This document shows, one piece after another, positions 37,919 to 47,945 of a stretch of DNA of 64,000 bases. Source of the DNA: an uncultured Candidatus Saccharibacteria bacterium (lineage in GTDB: Bacteria; Patescibacteriota; Minisyncoccia; Phycocordibacterales; DATGWK01); assembly GCA_964492195.1 (NCBI GenBank), contig CAZBJL010000001.1, positions 79,082 through 143,081 of the forward strand, read 5' to 3'. Below the pieces are notes generated by a model. It saw only the letters and a list, made by a program, of their open reading frames with translations. It had not been told where the DNA came from and did not search any database. Position numbers and translations under genes: made by a program. How positions within the stretch are numbered: position 1 is the stretch's first letter; every line of letters starts with the position of its first letter.

Positions 37919-40114
37919 TTATTTGCCGAGTTTGTGAGGGTTGTGATTGGGACAGGTTTTGTCACTGCAGCGTTCAGGAATTGTTTTTGTTCCTTCCATC
38001 ATGAGGTGTCCGCATGGACCATTTTCGCGCATGTATGAACAGAAGTTGCCAGTTGGTTTTGCTTTGATTGCTTCTTTGCATTTTGGATAATTGCTGCAGC
38101 TATAGAAAAGTCCGAAGCGTCCGCGTCGTTCTACCATTTCACCGGTTTTGCAGGTTGGGCAGGTTACACCTGTGCCGTTTTGATTATTCTCGCCTTGTTT
38201 TACGAATTTACATTTTGGATAGTTGCTGCAGGCAACAAAGCGGCCGAATTTTCCGTCACGTTCGAGGAGTTTGCCATCTTTGCAGTCAGGGCAGAGTTCG
38301 CCGGTTTCTTTCGGACCTTCGAGTTCTGTGCCGTCAATTTTGCGCGCACCGATACAGTCTGGGAATTTTTCACAGCTCAAAAACTTTCCAGAACGGCCAA
38401 GTTTGATGATCATGTTTGCACCACAAACAGGGCATTTGAATTTCGGATCAGCCTGACCCAAGTTTGTGAGTTTTTCAATTTTGTCTTTTGACTTAACGTC
38501 TTTGAGAAATGGTTTGTAGAAATCTTTAAGAGTTTTTTCATATTCAAGTCGGCCGCCGGCGATTTCGTCGAGTTTGTCTTCCATTTCTGCTGTGAAAGAA
38601 TCGCTGATGTAGTCGGTAAAATTTTGTTCGAGGAATGTACTCACAACTTCGCCTGTGTCTGTTGGGACAAGGGACCGAGCAACTTTTTCTACATAGCCGC
38701 GATCTTCGATTGTTTTGATAATCGATGCGTATGTTGATGGTCGGCCGATACCTCGCTTCTCGAGTTCTTTAATGAGACCAGCTTCGGAATATCGATCGGG
38801 TGGAGTGGTGTATTTTTGTTCTGAATCAATAGAAAGGAGATTCAACGGATCACTTACTTTTACCGGCGGTAAAATCATATCTTCCTTTTGTGCTTCAGGG
38901 TCAGCCATGAGCCAGCCTGGGGAAACAACTCGAGAACCGTTGGATTCAAAATCGGGCACTGTTTCGTCTGCGACTCGAGCAGTGATTTTGGTACGAAGCA
39001 TCTGGGCATCAGCCATTTGAGATGCAATCGTTCGGCGCCAAATGAGTCGGTACAATTTTTTCTGTTCGTCGGTGACGCCTAATACTTCTGCGCTTAGATT
39101 CGTCGGGCGGATTGCCTCGTGAGCTTCTTGGGCATTTTTACTTTTGGTTTTAAACGTTCGAACAGCAACCAAATCTTTGCCGTATTTTTTCTCAATGACA
39201 GAAGTAGCTTGGGCAACAGCAATGGCACTGAGGTTCGTGCTGTCTGTTCGCATGTATGTAATGTGGCCGGCTTCGTAGAGACGCTGGGCGGTGGACATGG
39301 TGCGCGACGGAGCAAAGCCGAGCTGTGAGCTCGCTGCTTGCTGGAGCGTTGAAGTAATGAATGGGGGACGAGGAGAACGTTTGACGGCAGTTTCTTTTAC
39401 GTCGGTAACTTTCCAGTCACCTTTTTTAGCTTTCTTGATGATTTCTTCTACAGACGTACCGTTGTTTGGTTGTTCGGAGCATGTAAAAGTAATCGGTTCT
39501 TTTTTCCCAGTTTCCGTTTGTGCTGTGATGATCCAATATTCAACAGGAATAAATGCGCGGATTTCTCGTTCGCGTTCCATGATGATGCGAAGTGCAGGGG
39601 ACTGGACTCGGCCTGCAGAAAGTCCGTAGCGAACTTTTTTCCAAATCAGGCCAGAGAGGTCGTATCCAACGAGACGGTCGAGAACTCGGCGAGCCTCCTG
39701 CGCTTGGCGGAGATTTTGGTCGATCATGCGCGGATGTTTGAGCGCCTCAATAACTGCATCTTTCGTAATTTCATGAAAAACGACGCGCTTTGGTTTTTTA
39801 AGGCCGACAGCTTGGGCAATGTGCCAGGCAATGGCTTCGCCTTCTCGGTCGGGGTCGGTTGCGAGGAGGACTTCGTCAGCTTTTTTTGAAAGGCGGGAAA
39901 TTTCACTTACCACGCTTTCTTTACCCTTGGTGATTTCGTAATGAGGAATAAAACCACCTTCGATGTCGATGGCTTTTTTATTATTTTTTGGCAGGTCGCG
40001 CACATGGCCGACAGATGCAACAACTTCATAATGACTGCGGTCGCCAGGAATATCTTTCAGATATTTTGAAATTGTTTTTGCTTTTGCAGGTGACTCGACA
40101 ACTAATAGCTTCAT
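37919..40114 (-). CDS. topA: DNA topoisomerase I
   Basis: VVESPAKAKTI, ATDPDREGE, SAGRVQS, ITYMRTDS, C-terminal zinc ribbons. Confidence 0.98.
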   Translation of the reverse strand: MKLLVVESPAKAKTISKYLKDIPGDRSHYEVVASVGHVRDLPKNNKKAIDIEGGFIPHYEITKGKESVVSEISRLSKKADEVLLATDPDREGEAIAWHIAQAVGLKKPKRVVFHEITKDAVIEALKHPRMIDQNLRQAQEARRVLDRLVGYDLSGLIWKKVRYGLSAGRVQSPALRIIMEREREIRAFIPVEYWIITAQTETGKKEPITFTCSEQPNNGTSVEEIIKKAKKGDWKVTDVKETAVKRSPRPPFITSTLQQAASSQLGFAPSRTMSTAQRLYEAGHITYMRTDSTNLSAIAVAQATSVIEKKYGKDLVAVRTFKTKSKNAQEAHEAIRPTNLSAEVLGVTDEQKKLYRLIWRRTIASQMADAQMLRTKITARVADETVPDFESNGSRVVSPGWLMADPEAQKEDMILPPVKVSDPLNLLSIDSEQKYTTPPDRYSEAGLIKELEKRGIGRPSTYASIIKTIEDRGYVEKVARSLVPTDTGEVVSTFLEQNFTDYISDSFTAEMEDKLDEIAGGRLEYEKTLKDFYKPFLKDVKSKDKIEKLTNLGQADPKFKCPVCGANMIIKLGRSGKFLSCEKFPDCIGARKIDGTELEGPKETGELCPDCKDGKLLERDGKFGRFVACSNYPKCKFVKQGENNQNGTGVTCPTCKTGEMVERRGRFGLFYSCSNYPKCKEAIKAKPTGNFCSYMRENGPCGHLMMEGTKTIPERCSDKTCPNHNPHKLGK

Positions 40115-40415
40115 GTGGCTAAGTAATACTACAGATATTTTTTTTGTGCAAATGGTGCTTCACCAAACCCCTCCAGCGTACACCCCGCTCCGATCCACGA
40201 AAATTACAGTCGTCTTGTACGAGGGAGTTGCGAACTCCTCGTGTGTACACTCGTCAAACAACGCAACTCCCTTTCTCAAAAGACTTCTTAATTTTCTGTG
40301 TCTCTCTGCGAAACGCTTTCGGGTTTTGATGGGGAAATAAGAATGCAATTCATACAGAAGAAAACACCCAACTTCGTGGTTGAGAGAGAAAATTCATTAG
40401 ACGACACAAGATAAC

Positions 40416-41228
40416 TCACTTTTGCCGTAACTCTCCACCAGACTCTTCAATAAAACCTTTCATTTCCAGAAGGGAGAGAGCGACGCTGATGTCGCTTACA
40501 TTTCCGGGCAGGATTCGAAGAAGTTCTGTTCGGGGCAAGGGTTCGGTGAGTGTTTTGTAAATTTTTCTTTCTAACTCTGTGCAATTTTCAAGTACGCCTT
40601 TTTCTTTATTACGTGTAGTCGTGTGGAGTTTAAGGGTGAGAATAATGTCCTCTGAACAGGTGATCGGTGTTGCACCGTTTGAAATGAGCATATGCGGCCC
40701 ATAGGATTGATTTGAAAAAATTGAACCAGGCACCGCAAAGACGTCTCGGTTGTAATCGAGCGCAAGTCGAGCAGTAATGAGCGTGCCGGACTTCGGTGAG
40801 GCCTCTATTATAAGAGTGGCATGACAGAGCCCAGCCATGATTCTGTTTCGTTCCGGAAAATTATAATTCCAGGGCTTGTGCTGTGGCGGCATTTCAGAAA
40901 TAATCGCGCCTCCTGCCGCCAAAATTTCTTTTGCCAAATGTATATGCTGTTTCGGGTATATCGTGTCCCACTCAAGACCAGAACCGAGCACAGCAATCGT
41001 TGTGAGTCCCGCTTTGAGCGCTGCTTCGTGGGCACTGCCGTCAATGCCGAGCGCTAACCCCGATACAATAACAATGTCAGTTCCAGCTAACCCAGAAATT
41101 AATTTCTGACATGCGTCCTGTCCATACTGGCTTGCACGGCGTGAACCTACAACACACAGATGTGGACGTTTTTGGTCGGGCAGTATGCCGCGAATAAAAA
41201 GCTTCCTCGGCGGTTGAGGAATTTCCAT
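40416..41228 (-). CDS. dprA: DNA-processing protein DprA (true start probably further upstream)
   Basis: VGSR..S.YG, IVSGLA.GID..AH, FPERNRI, SGTLITA, VFAVPG. Confidence 0.95.
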   Translation of the reverse strand: MEIPQPPRKLFIRGILPDQKRPHLCVVGSRRASQYGQDACQKLISGLAGTDIVIVSGLALGIDGSAHEAALKAGLTTIAVLGSGLEWDTIYPKQHIHLAKEILAAGGAIISEMPPQHKPWNYNFPERNRIMAGLCHATLIIEASPKSGTLITARLALDYNRDVFAVPGSIFSNQSYGPHMLISNGATPITCSEDIILTLKLHTTTRNKEKGVLENCTELERKIYKTLTEPLPRTELLRILPGNVSDISVALSLLEMKGFIEESGGELRQK

Positions 41229-41300
41229 GAGTCGTGCGGGAAGGTTCCCCGCACAAATCTCGGTAATAGCGTTTTGTTCCGAATCTTGTATAATTTCGTC

Positions 41301-42569
41301 ATGTTAGACATCAAATTCATAAGAGAAAATCAAGAATTAATAAAATCTGCTGCTAAAAAGAAGCATATTGAATTTGATGTTGAAAAACTTATTGCTGTTG
41401 ACGATGTTCGTCGCAAACACCTCTCATCTATAGAGACCCTCCGTACGGAGCAGAATCAAGCAAGTGAAAAAATTGCCCAGGCAAGTCCTGAAGACCGCAA
41501 AACGCTCATCGATGCAATGAAGAGCGTAAAAGATTCTCTCGAAAAAGAAGAGATCGCATTTAAAGATGTCATGCATGAATGGCAGCTTCTCATGGTTGCT
41601 GTTCCAAACCTTCCCGACATGTCAGTACCTGAAGGTGCGAGTGACAAAGAAAATCAGGAAGTCCGAGTCTGGGGCGAAAAGCCTGCGTTTGGTTTTCAGC
41701 CAAAAGGCCATATTGAAATTCTCGAAGCGCTCGACATGATCGATCTCGACCGTGGTGCAAAGGTGGCTGGCTTCCGTGGTTATTTTCTTAAAGGCGATGC
41801 AGTTGTTTTGATGTTCGCGTTGTGGCAATTCGTGATGAAGGAATTAGTTGCAAAAGGGTATATGCCGATGTCCGTGCCGTCACTTTTGAAAAAAGCTCCA
41901 TTTATTGGTACCGGATATTTGCCGCAAGGTGAAGAAGATTTGTACCGCACCCAAGATACCGATTACCTTGCCGGTACTGCCGAAGTTGCGACAATGGCCT
42001 ACTTTATGGACGAGACAATTGATCTTAAAAATTTGCCGATGAAGTTTATTTCTTTTTCTCCGTGTTTCAGAAGGGAAGCAGGAAGTCATGGAAAAGATAC
42101 GAAAGGTTTGATCCGCGTCCATGAATTTATGAAGCTCGAACAAGTTGTGCTCTGTGAAGCTAACCACGAAGAATCCGTAAAGCTTCACGAAGAAGTAACT
42201 GCGAATGCCGAAGACATTATGAAAAAACTCGGCCTCATGCACCGTGTGGTTGTGAACTGTGGTGGAGACTTAGGTCTCGGACAAGTTAAAAAATACGACA
42301 TTGAAGCATGGGTTCCTGCCGAAAATGCATACCGCGAAACTCACTCTGCTTCTTATTTCCACGATTTTCAAACACGACGTTTAAACATCCGCTACCGCGA
42401 TGGCGACAAATTAAAGTTCGCTCATTCTCTCAACAACACCGCAATCGCTTCGCCTCGCATTCTCGTTCCGATTATTGAACAATTCCAACAAGAAGATGGT
42501 TCTGTCTTAATTCCTGAAGTCTTGCAGCCTTACATGAACGGCATCACAAAGCTCTCTAAGCGTACATAA
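41301..42569 (+). CDS. serS: serine--tRNA ligase
   Basis: MLDIKFIREN, GTAEV, CFRREAG, RVHEF.KLE, HSLNNT. Confidence 0.97.
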   Translation: MLDIKFIRENQELIKSAAKKKHIEFDVEKLIAVDDVRRKHLSSIETLRTEQNQASEKIAQASPEDRKTLIDAMKSVKDSLEKEEIAFKDVMHEWQLLMVAVPNLPDMSVPEGASDKENQEVRVWGEKPAFGFQPKGHIEILEALDMIDLDRGAKVAGFRGYFLKGDAVVLMFALWQFVMKELVAKGYMPMSVPSLLKKAPFIGTGYLPQGEEDLYRTQDTDYLAGTAEVATMAYFMDETIDLKNLPMKFISFSPCFRREAGSHGKDTKGLIRVHEFMKLEQVVLCEANHEESVKLHEEVTANAEDIMKKLGLMHRVVVNCGGDLGLGQVKKYDIEAWVPAENAYRETHSASYFHDFQTRRLNIRYRDGDKLKFAHSLNNTAIASPRILVPIIEQFQQEDGSVLIPEVLQPYMNGITKLSKRT

Positions 42570-42572
42570 TAT

Positions 42573-43400
42573 ATGAGTCGGCGAGGGTCATCACTTGTTT
42601 CAAAGCGCCTTAAAAGCACGAAAGGTAAAAAAAAGAATGCTCATCTGTACTTGTACGGCACCGTTGTGGGTTCTGTTCTCGTAATTATATTTGGAATTAT
42701 TTTTCTTGCGCGGTCACATGCGGTGCGAGTGCAAACGGTTGTTATTTCTGGAAATGAAATTGTTAAAAAAGAAGAGATAGAAAAAATTGTCACTGAGGCA
42801 CGTGGAGAAAGATTTCTCTGGATCATTCCGAAAGATGACATTATTCTTTTTCCGCGCGAAGACGTAACGAAAAAAATTCTCGAACAATATCCAACGATCG
42901 CTAATGCCTCTGTTTCTTTTTCTGGCCTCCACACGCTTGCAGTTGTTGTAAGAGAATATAAACCACGGTATTTGTGGTGTGATTCTGTGAAGCGGGAAAA
43001 ATGCTATTTCATGGATGACCGCGGATATATTTTTACGGAAGCAGCAGGATTTTCTGAAGGGGTACTTTTTACATACTACGGACTCATTGATCCCGCACAG
43101 CCGATTGGGAATATGTATTTACCGCTCCCAATGTTTACCGAGCTTAATAAATTTGCAGAAAGTTTGAAGTTGCTCAAAGTTACACCTGTTGGGCTTAACG
43201 TTCTCGGTCAGGATGATTTCGAACTCCACCTTTCTACTGGCAGCACGATCCTTTTTTCAAACCGCGAAGATTTTCTACAGACATTCGCGAATCTCGAAAC
43301 AATCATTGCAGAACAAACTCGGCTTAATAAAAACTTTTTGGCAGAGCTCGACTACATCGATGTTCGGTTTACAAGTAAAGCATTTGTAAAACTTAAGTAG
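42573..43400 (+). CDS. FtsQ/DivIB-like cell division protein
   Basis: Basic N-tail, one TM, POTRA-like V.ISGN, C-terminal YIDVRF. Confidence 0.75.
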   Translation: MSRRGSSLVSKRLKSTKGKKKNAHLYLYGTVVGSVLVIIFGIIFLARSHAVRVQTVVISGNEIVKKEEIEKIVTEARGERFLWIIPKDDIILFPREDVTKKILEQYPTIANASVSFSGLHTLAVVVREYKPRYLWCDSVKREKCYFMDDRGYIFTEAAGFSEGVLFTYYGLIDPAQPIGNMYLPLPMFTELNKFAESLKLLKVTPVGLNVLGQDDFELHLSTGSTILFSNREDFLQTFANLETIIAEQTRLNKNFLAELDYIDVRFTSKAFVKLK

Positions 43401-43412
43401 TATAATTAACAC

Positions 43413-43802
43413 ATGCAAATTGTTCTTGTTATACCCGAGTATATCGTGTGGCATTACTCGCGGGCGCTCCGGCTTACTCTGAACATCATCACGAACTTCA
43501 TCTGGTTTACATACCATTTCTTCTCAATCCCGATTCTCGTTAAAACGTTTTTATCGCCCTGGCATGTTGCGCCGCCGGTTACTCGACCTGGCTTTCATCC
43601 GATTTTAGTGACCGAAGATTTATTTCTTCCAGCACTCATGCGAATCTGTGGGCCGATAATTCGTGCAGTCGTTATTGTGTTCGGCCTTACGCTCTGTGTT
43701 TTTTTGAGCATCTTTGGTCTCGCATTGTTTCTCATTTGGCTTTCTCTTCCTTTGGTTGCGATCGCGTTGTTTATTGAAGCAATATATCTTTTGATCTCAT
43801 GA
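43413..43802 (+). CDS. membrane hypothetical protein
   Basis: Y..WHY, FFSIP.L.KT...PW; overlaps the next gene (ATGA). Confidence 0.75.
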   Translation: MQIVLVIPEYIVWHYSRALRLTLNIITNFIWFTYHFFSIPILVKTFLSPWHVAPPVTRPGFHPILVTEDLFLPALMRICGPIIRAVVIVFGLTLCVFLSIFGLALFLIWLSLPLVAIALFIEAIYLLIS

Positions 43803-45265
43803 CGTTCTCTGAAATTAAAAAAAATGAAGGTCGAATCAGTGGACTCGTCGCTCTCGAAAGGGCGTTGCCGTATGGTTTGCGTTCAAAATCAAAAGAATTT
43901 CTTTTACTTGTCGCACCGTTTGTTATGGTCTTGCTTCTTTCCCTCCAGGATGAACTTGGCTTGTCCATTAATACGCTCTACGCGTTCATGTTTTTTGTCG
44001 TCGACACATGGCTTGTGATTTTTATGCTCGATGTGTTTTATAATTCGCATTATTTCGAGGGTTCTCGTTTTACGATTCCAGAATGGGGAATTGCTCAAAA
44101 AAATCATGCGATTCCTTTTGAAATACTTGAAATTGTTTCGCATACGCATTCTGGCGATCTGACTCGCGGTTTTTTGGAATCCAAAGCCGGCAAAGACATC
44201 ATGTTCCGGCTTAATGTGTCTCCGAAACATGTACAAGAATTTATCCACGGCACTCGAGCGAGCATTTACGCTGATTCCATTACGATTGCTGAACCCGTCG
44301 ACCTCGTATCATATGCATCAGCAGTTTTTTCTGCAGATGCGTCATTTGCTCGTTTTTTGACCAATCAGGATGTAACGCGTGGCGACTATGAAGAAGTTTC
44401 GCAGTGGGTTGCGGCAATATATGAGCGTAAAAAAGAAGCGTTCCGTTGGTGGGGTCGCGATGCGCTTGGTCGCATTCGAAGCATTGGTAAAAATTGGGCT
44501 CGAGGCAAAACAGAAATCCTCGAACGATATGGAGGACTGGTACAGCCCGTAAACAATGAGGCACTTTTTAAAAAAGAAATTGATGACCTCGAAACCGAAC
44601 TCACACAGGATTCCAACTCAAGCGTCTTGCTTGTTGCGAATGAATATCGAAAGCTTGTCGCGGTGACTTCGGGTCTTTCGCATCGAATTCAAGGTGGAAC
44701 AGTGTTGCCCGCAATTGAACACAAAAAACTTTTCTTGCTCGATATGGACATTGTCGCAAGTGCAGCAGTTGTTGAAGGACAATTCGAGTCGCTTGTGATT
44801 CAGCTTTTGAACGAAGCAGTACGAGTTGGAAATGTAATTCTTGTGATTAAGAATTTCCCAACATTTGTCGAAGAATCAAAGAAACATGAAGTTCAGCTTG
44901 TAAAAATTTTAAAGCCGTATCTTGCCGTCTTGCAGATTGTCGCCTTTGCTGAACAAAAGGGTTATACCTCGGTGCTCAAAACTGACGAAGAAATCTTGAG
45001 TATGTTCAAATCTATTTTTGTTGAGAATGAAAAATTGAATATCATTATTCGAGCGCTTGAGGATAAGACATTTGAATTTGAAAGAAGGAGTAAAATGTTT
45101 TATTCATACCAGGCGCTTGTTGCTATTGCCGAAATCGCGAGTCTTAAATTTCCAAACGTTGACGCTGAAACGAAAGCACTCCAAATTTTTGATGCAATTG
45201 GACCAAACATTGTGAAAAAACGAATTGAGAAAATTTTGGTAAAAGACGTACGAAAACTTACATAA
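43799..45265 (+). CDS. membrane-anchored degenerate Clp AAA-like protein
   Basis: Two N-terminal TM; the C-half resembles ClpA/B NBD1 (KEI..LE..L....VLLV; LLD; EA...GNVILVI) without a Walker A. Confidence 0.6.
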   Translation: MTFSEIKKNEGRISGLVALERALPYGLRSKSKEFLLLVAPFVMVLLLSLQDELGLSINTLYAFMFFVVDTWLVIFMLDVFYNSHYFEGSRFTIPEWGIAQKNHAIPFEILEIVSHTHSGDLTRGFLESKAGKDIMFRLNVSPKHVQEFIHGTRASIYADSITIAEPVDLVSYASAVFSADASFARFLTNQDVTRGDYEEVSQWVAAIYERKKEAFRWWGRDALGRIRSIGKNWARGKTEILERYGGLVQPVNNEALFKKEIDDLETELTQDSNSSVLLVANEYRKLVAVTSGLSHRIQGGTVLPAIEHKKLFLLDMDIVASAAVVEGQFESLVIQLLNEAVRVGNVILVIKNFPTFVEESKKHEVQLVKILKPYLAVLQIVAFAEQKGYTSVLKTDEEILSMFKSIFVENEKLNIIIRALEDKTFEFERRSKMFYSYQALVAIAEIASLKFPNVDAETKALQIFDAIGPNIVKKRIEKILVKDVRKLT

Positions 45266-45292
45266 ACGACATTCTTCGGCTAGAATGGCGAA

Positions 45293-46267
45293 GTGAAAGA
45301 AAATTTCTGGCAAAAACTACAGAAACCAATACTCGTGTTGGCACCGATGGCGGACGTCACTGATGCTTCTTTTCGACGTGTGATTGCAAAATATGGCAAA
45401 CCGGACGTCATGTGGACGGAGTTTGTATCGGCAGACGGACTCTTCCTTGGCGGCAAAGAAACATTGATGAAAGACTTGCTCTACACCGAAAGTGAGCGGC
45501 CGATTATTGCCCAATTTTTTACTGCACGCCCAGAAATGATGGAAAAGGCAGCTGCGCTCGCGCGAGAACTCGGTTTTGACGGTATCGACATCAACATGGG
45601 CTGTCCTGACCGAAGTATTGAAAAACAGGGTGCTGGAGCGGCTCTCATTAAAAATCCGAAACTCGCACGAGAAATAATTCGTGCAGCAAAAGCGGGAGCA
45701 GGGGATTTGCCTGTTTCTGTAAAAACTCGAATTGGATTTAACACAAACCAACTCGACACCTGGCTTCCAGAACTTTTGGCCGAAGAGCCTGCAGTCATTA
45801 CAGTCCATGCACGAACGAGAAAAGAAATGTCAAAAGTTCCTGCTCGATGGGAAGAAGTAAAAAGAGCGGTAGAAATTAGAAATGGTTTGAATTCCAAAAC
45901 ACTTATTTTTGGTAATGGGGACGCAGTGAGTGTGGAAGATGCAAGAAAAAAAGCTGCAGAAACAGGATGTGACGGGGTGATGCTCGGCCGAGCGATTTTC
46001 GGCAACCCCTGGCTTTTTTCTGGTCGGCAGGCAAGTGACATTTCTCTAAAAGAAAAATTACAGGTATTGATCGAGCATACAAAACTTTTTGAAGAAATAC
46101 TTGGCGGGACCAAAAATTTTGCCATTATGAAAAAGCATTACAAGGCGTACGTACACGGCTGGGAAGGTGCAAAAGAGCTCCGCATGAAACTCATGGATGC
46201 GCCGGACGCACGCACAATAGAACAAATTATTACTGCATATCTTTCGAGCCCGGTTTTTCATATGTAG
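45293..46267 (+). CDS. tRNA-dihydrouridine synthase
   Basis: LAPMADVTD..FR, IDINMGCP, PVSVKTRIG, GNGD, GVMLGR. Confidence 0.93.
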   Translation: MKENFWQKLQKPILVLAPMADVTDASFRRVIAKYGKPDVMWTEFVSADGLFLGGKETLMKDLLYTESERPIIAQFFTARPEMMEKAAALARELGFDGIDINMGCPDRSIEKQGAGAALIKNPKLAREIIRAAKAGAGDLPVSVKTRIGFNTNQLDTWLPELLAEEPAVITVHARTRKEMSKVPARWEEVKRAVEIRNGLNSKTLIFGNGDAVSVEDARKKAAETGCDGVMLGRAIFGNPWLFSGRQASDISLKEKLQVLIEHTKLFEEILGGTKNFAIMKKHYKAYVHGWEGAKELRMKLMDAPDARTIEQIITAYLSSPVFHM

Positions 46268-46319
46268 GGTGGTGTGTATACGTGTTGACAAGGAAGAGAG
46301 ACTTTTCTACTATTCATGT

Positions 46320-46390
46320 AGACATTTAGTTCCACGACCTCCTTCCGTCGCTAACATACTGCATGAGCAGGTGTTGGCGACGTTTTTTTT
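46320..46390 (+). ncRNA. candidate ~70-nt sRNA with anti-SD motif
   Basis: TTGACA-17-TACTAT (46285-46313), then ACCTCCTT, then hairpin CGTCGCTAACA/TGTTGGCGACG and T8; no ORF. Confidence 0.5.
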
Positions 46391-46544
46391 ATGCCAAAAA
46401 CATGAACTGTGGGCTGTTACAAGGTGAGTAGATTACACGTACATTTCGCTTGACAATATTTTAAGGTGTGCTAAGGTTATCTCAGAACAGATAGCCCCGC
46501 ACGTTGCAGGGTGACTCGAAAGCACTTTTTACAGGAGCTGTCAG

Positions 46545-46679
46545 ATGAAAACGATCAATGGACCCAATTGTTCCGTTCATTCTTTCATTTCTTTTTTGAG
46601 CGCCTCGCAACCCCGCAGCACCGCCGGCAACATCAGCCCGACCACCCGCGCGTCCAACGGCCATCTTGCGGCCTCCTGA
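46545..46679 (+). CDS. 44-aa peptide, stand-alone cassette
   Basis: TTGACA-16-TAAGGT near 46450; SD AGGAG; MKTINGPNCSVHSFISFLSASQPRSTAGNISPTTRASNGHLAAS*; three 3' hairpins ending in a terminator. Confidence 0.45.
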   Translation: MKTINGPNCSVHSFISFLSASQPRSTAGNISPTTRASNGHLAAS

Positions 46680-46814
46680 CGTTCGCCTCCCAGTCGCTTG
46701 GACCACTAGCGACTGTCTCCCCAGATTGAGGGTTGCCCAACCCTCAATCGACCCCTTCCGAAGACAACGGAAGGGGTTTTTATTTTATATCCATCATTTT
46801 GCTATACTGGTGAC

Positions 46815-47867
46815 ATGAAAGAAGAAAAAGGTCAGACCGCACTGTATCGGAAATATCGTCCGCATACGTTTAAGGATGTAATCGGCCAGGATCACGTCAT
46901 CAAAGTAATTGAAAATTCAATAAAACTTGGAAATATTTCTCATGCATATCTTTTTGCTGGTTCGCGCGGAACGGGCAAAACTTCTGTTGCGAGAATTTTT
47001 GCACAAGAAATTGGCACGACTGGTTCTGATCTCTACGAAATGGACGCCGCTTCGAATCGCGGTATTGATGACATTCGAGAAATCCGAGAAGGCGTCAACA
47101 CACTTCCTTTTGAATCCAAATATAAGGTGTACATTATCGACGAGGTCCACATGCTTACTAAAGAAGCATTTAATGCGCTTTTGAAAACACTTGAAGAACC
47201 GCCTCCGCATGCGATTTTTATTCTCGCGACGACGGAAACAGAAAAACTTCCCGAAACAGTCGTTTCTCGTTGTCAGACATTTACTTTCAAAAAACCAAAT
47301 CAAGCAATTTTGCGCGAGTTTGCAATGACTATTGCAAAAAAAGAAGGTTTTAGTCTCGAAGCATCTGCAGGGGATCTGGTTGCGTTGCTTGGTGATGGTT
47401 CGTTTCGTGACACGCAGGGAATTTTGCAGAAAGTAATTGCTGGTTCAAAAGATAAGAAAATTTCTCGTGAAGAAGTTGAGCTTGTAACGGGTGCACCTCG
47501 AAATTCTCTTGTTAATGAATTTATTGATTCGATCGCGGCAGGGGATTCACAAAAAGGCATTGTGGCACTTCATGGTGCTGCCGAACAAAATATCGATATG
47601 AATATTTTTGCCAAATTAGTTCTTGAAAAAATGAGATTCGTTCTTCTTTTGACACAGGCACCGGATTTGGAAAAAACAATCAAAGAACGGGTGTCAGCAG
47701 AAGATTTCGAATATCTCCATTCGCTCGCAAAAAGTAAAAATAAAAATCTTTCTTTTGGCTCATTGCTTGAAATGCTCAAAGCAAGTCAGCTCATTGGACG
47801 AGCGTTCATTTCAGAATTGCCGCTTGAGTTGGCACTCGTGAAGATCGCCGGGGAACATAAGGCGTAG
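46815..47867 (+). CDS. dnaX: DNA polymerase III subunit gamma/tau
   Basis: LYRKYRP..F.DVIGQ, GSRGTGKTS, EMDAASNRG, IIDEVHML. Confidence 0.96.
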   Translation: MKEEKGQTALYRKYRPHTFKDVIGQDHVIKVIENSIKLGNISHAYLFAGSRGTGKTSVARIFAQEIGTTGSDLYEMDAASNRGIDDIREIREGVNTLPFESKYKVYIIDEVHMLTKEAFNALLKTLEEPPPHAIFILATTETEKLPETVVSRCQTFTFKKPNQAILREFAMTIAKKEGFSLEASAGDLVALLGDGSFRDTQGILQKVIAGSKDKKISREEVELVTGAPRNSLVNEFIDSIAAGDSQKGIVALHGAAEQNIDMNIFAKLVLEKMRFVLLLTQAPDLEKTIKERVSAEDFEYLHSLAKSKNKNLSFGSLLEMLKASQLIGRAFISELPLELALVKIAGEHKA

Positions 47868-47945
47868 AAGGTCTTATTCTGCCACCTAGTTCAATAATGG
47901 AAAATATTGTATATAATGGCTTTCACGCGTCGTTCTGTTCGTTAT

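Noticed and set aside
40160-40348. 62-aa ORF between dprA and topA
   Set aside because: TTG start, no SD, promoter or motif; cannot be supported, though not excluded.
41160-41300. N-terminal extension of serS in the ORF track
   Set aside because: Overlaps dprA; the canonical MLDIKFIREN start has TATAAT 6 nt upstream.
46511-46729. 72-aa GTG ORF
   Set aside because: The alternative-frame ATG at 46545 has the properly spaced SD.
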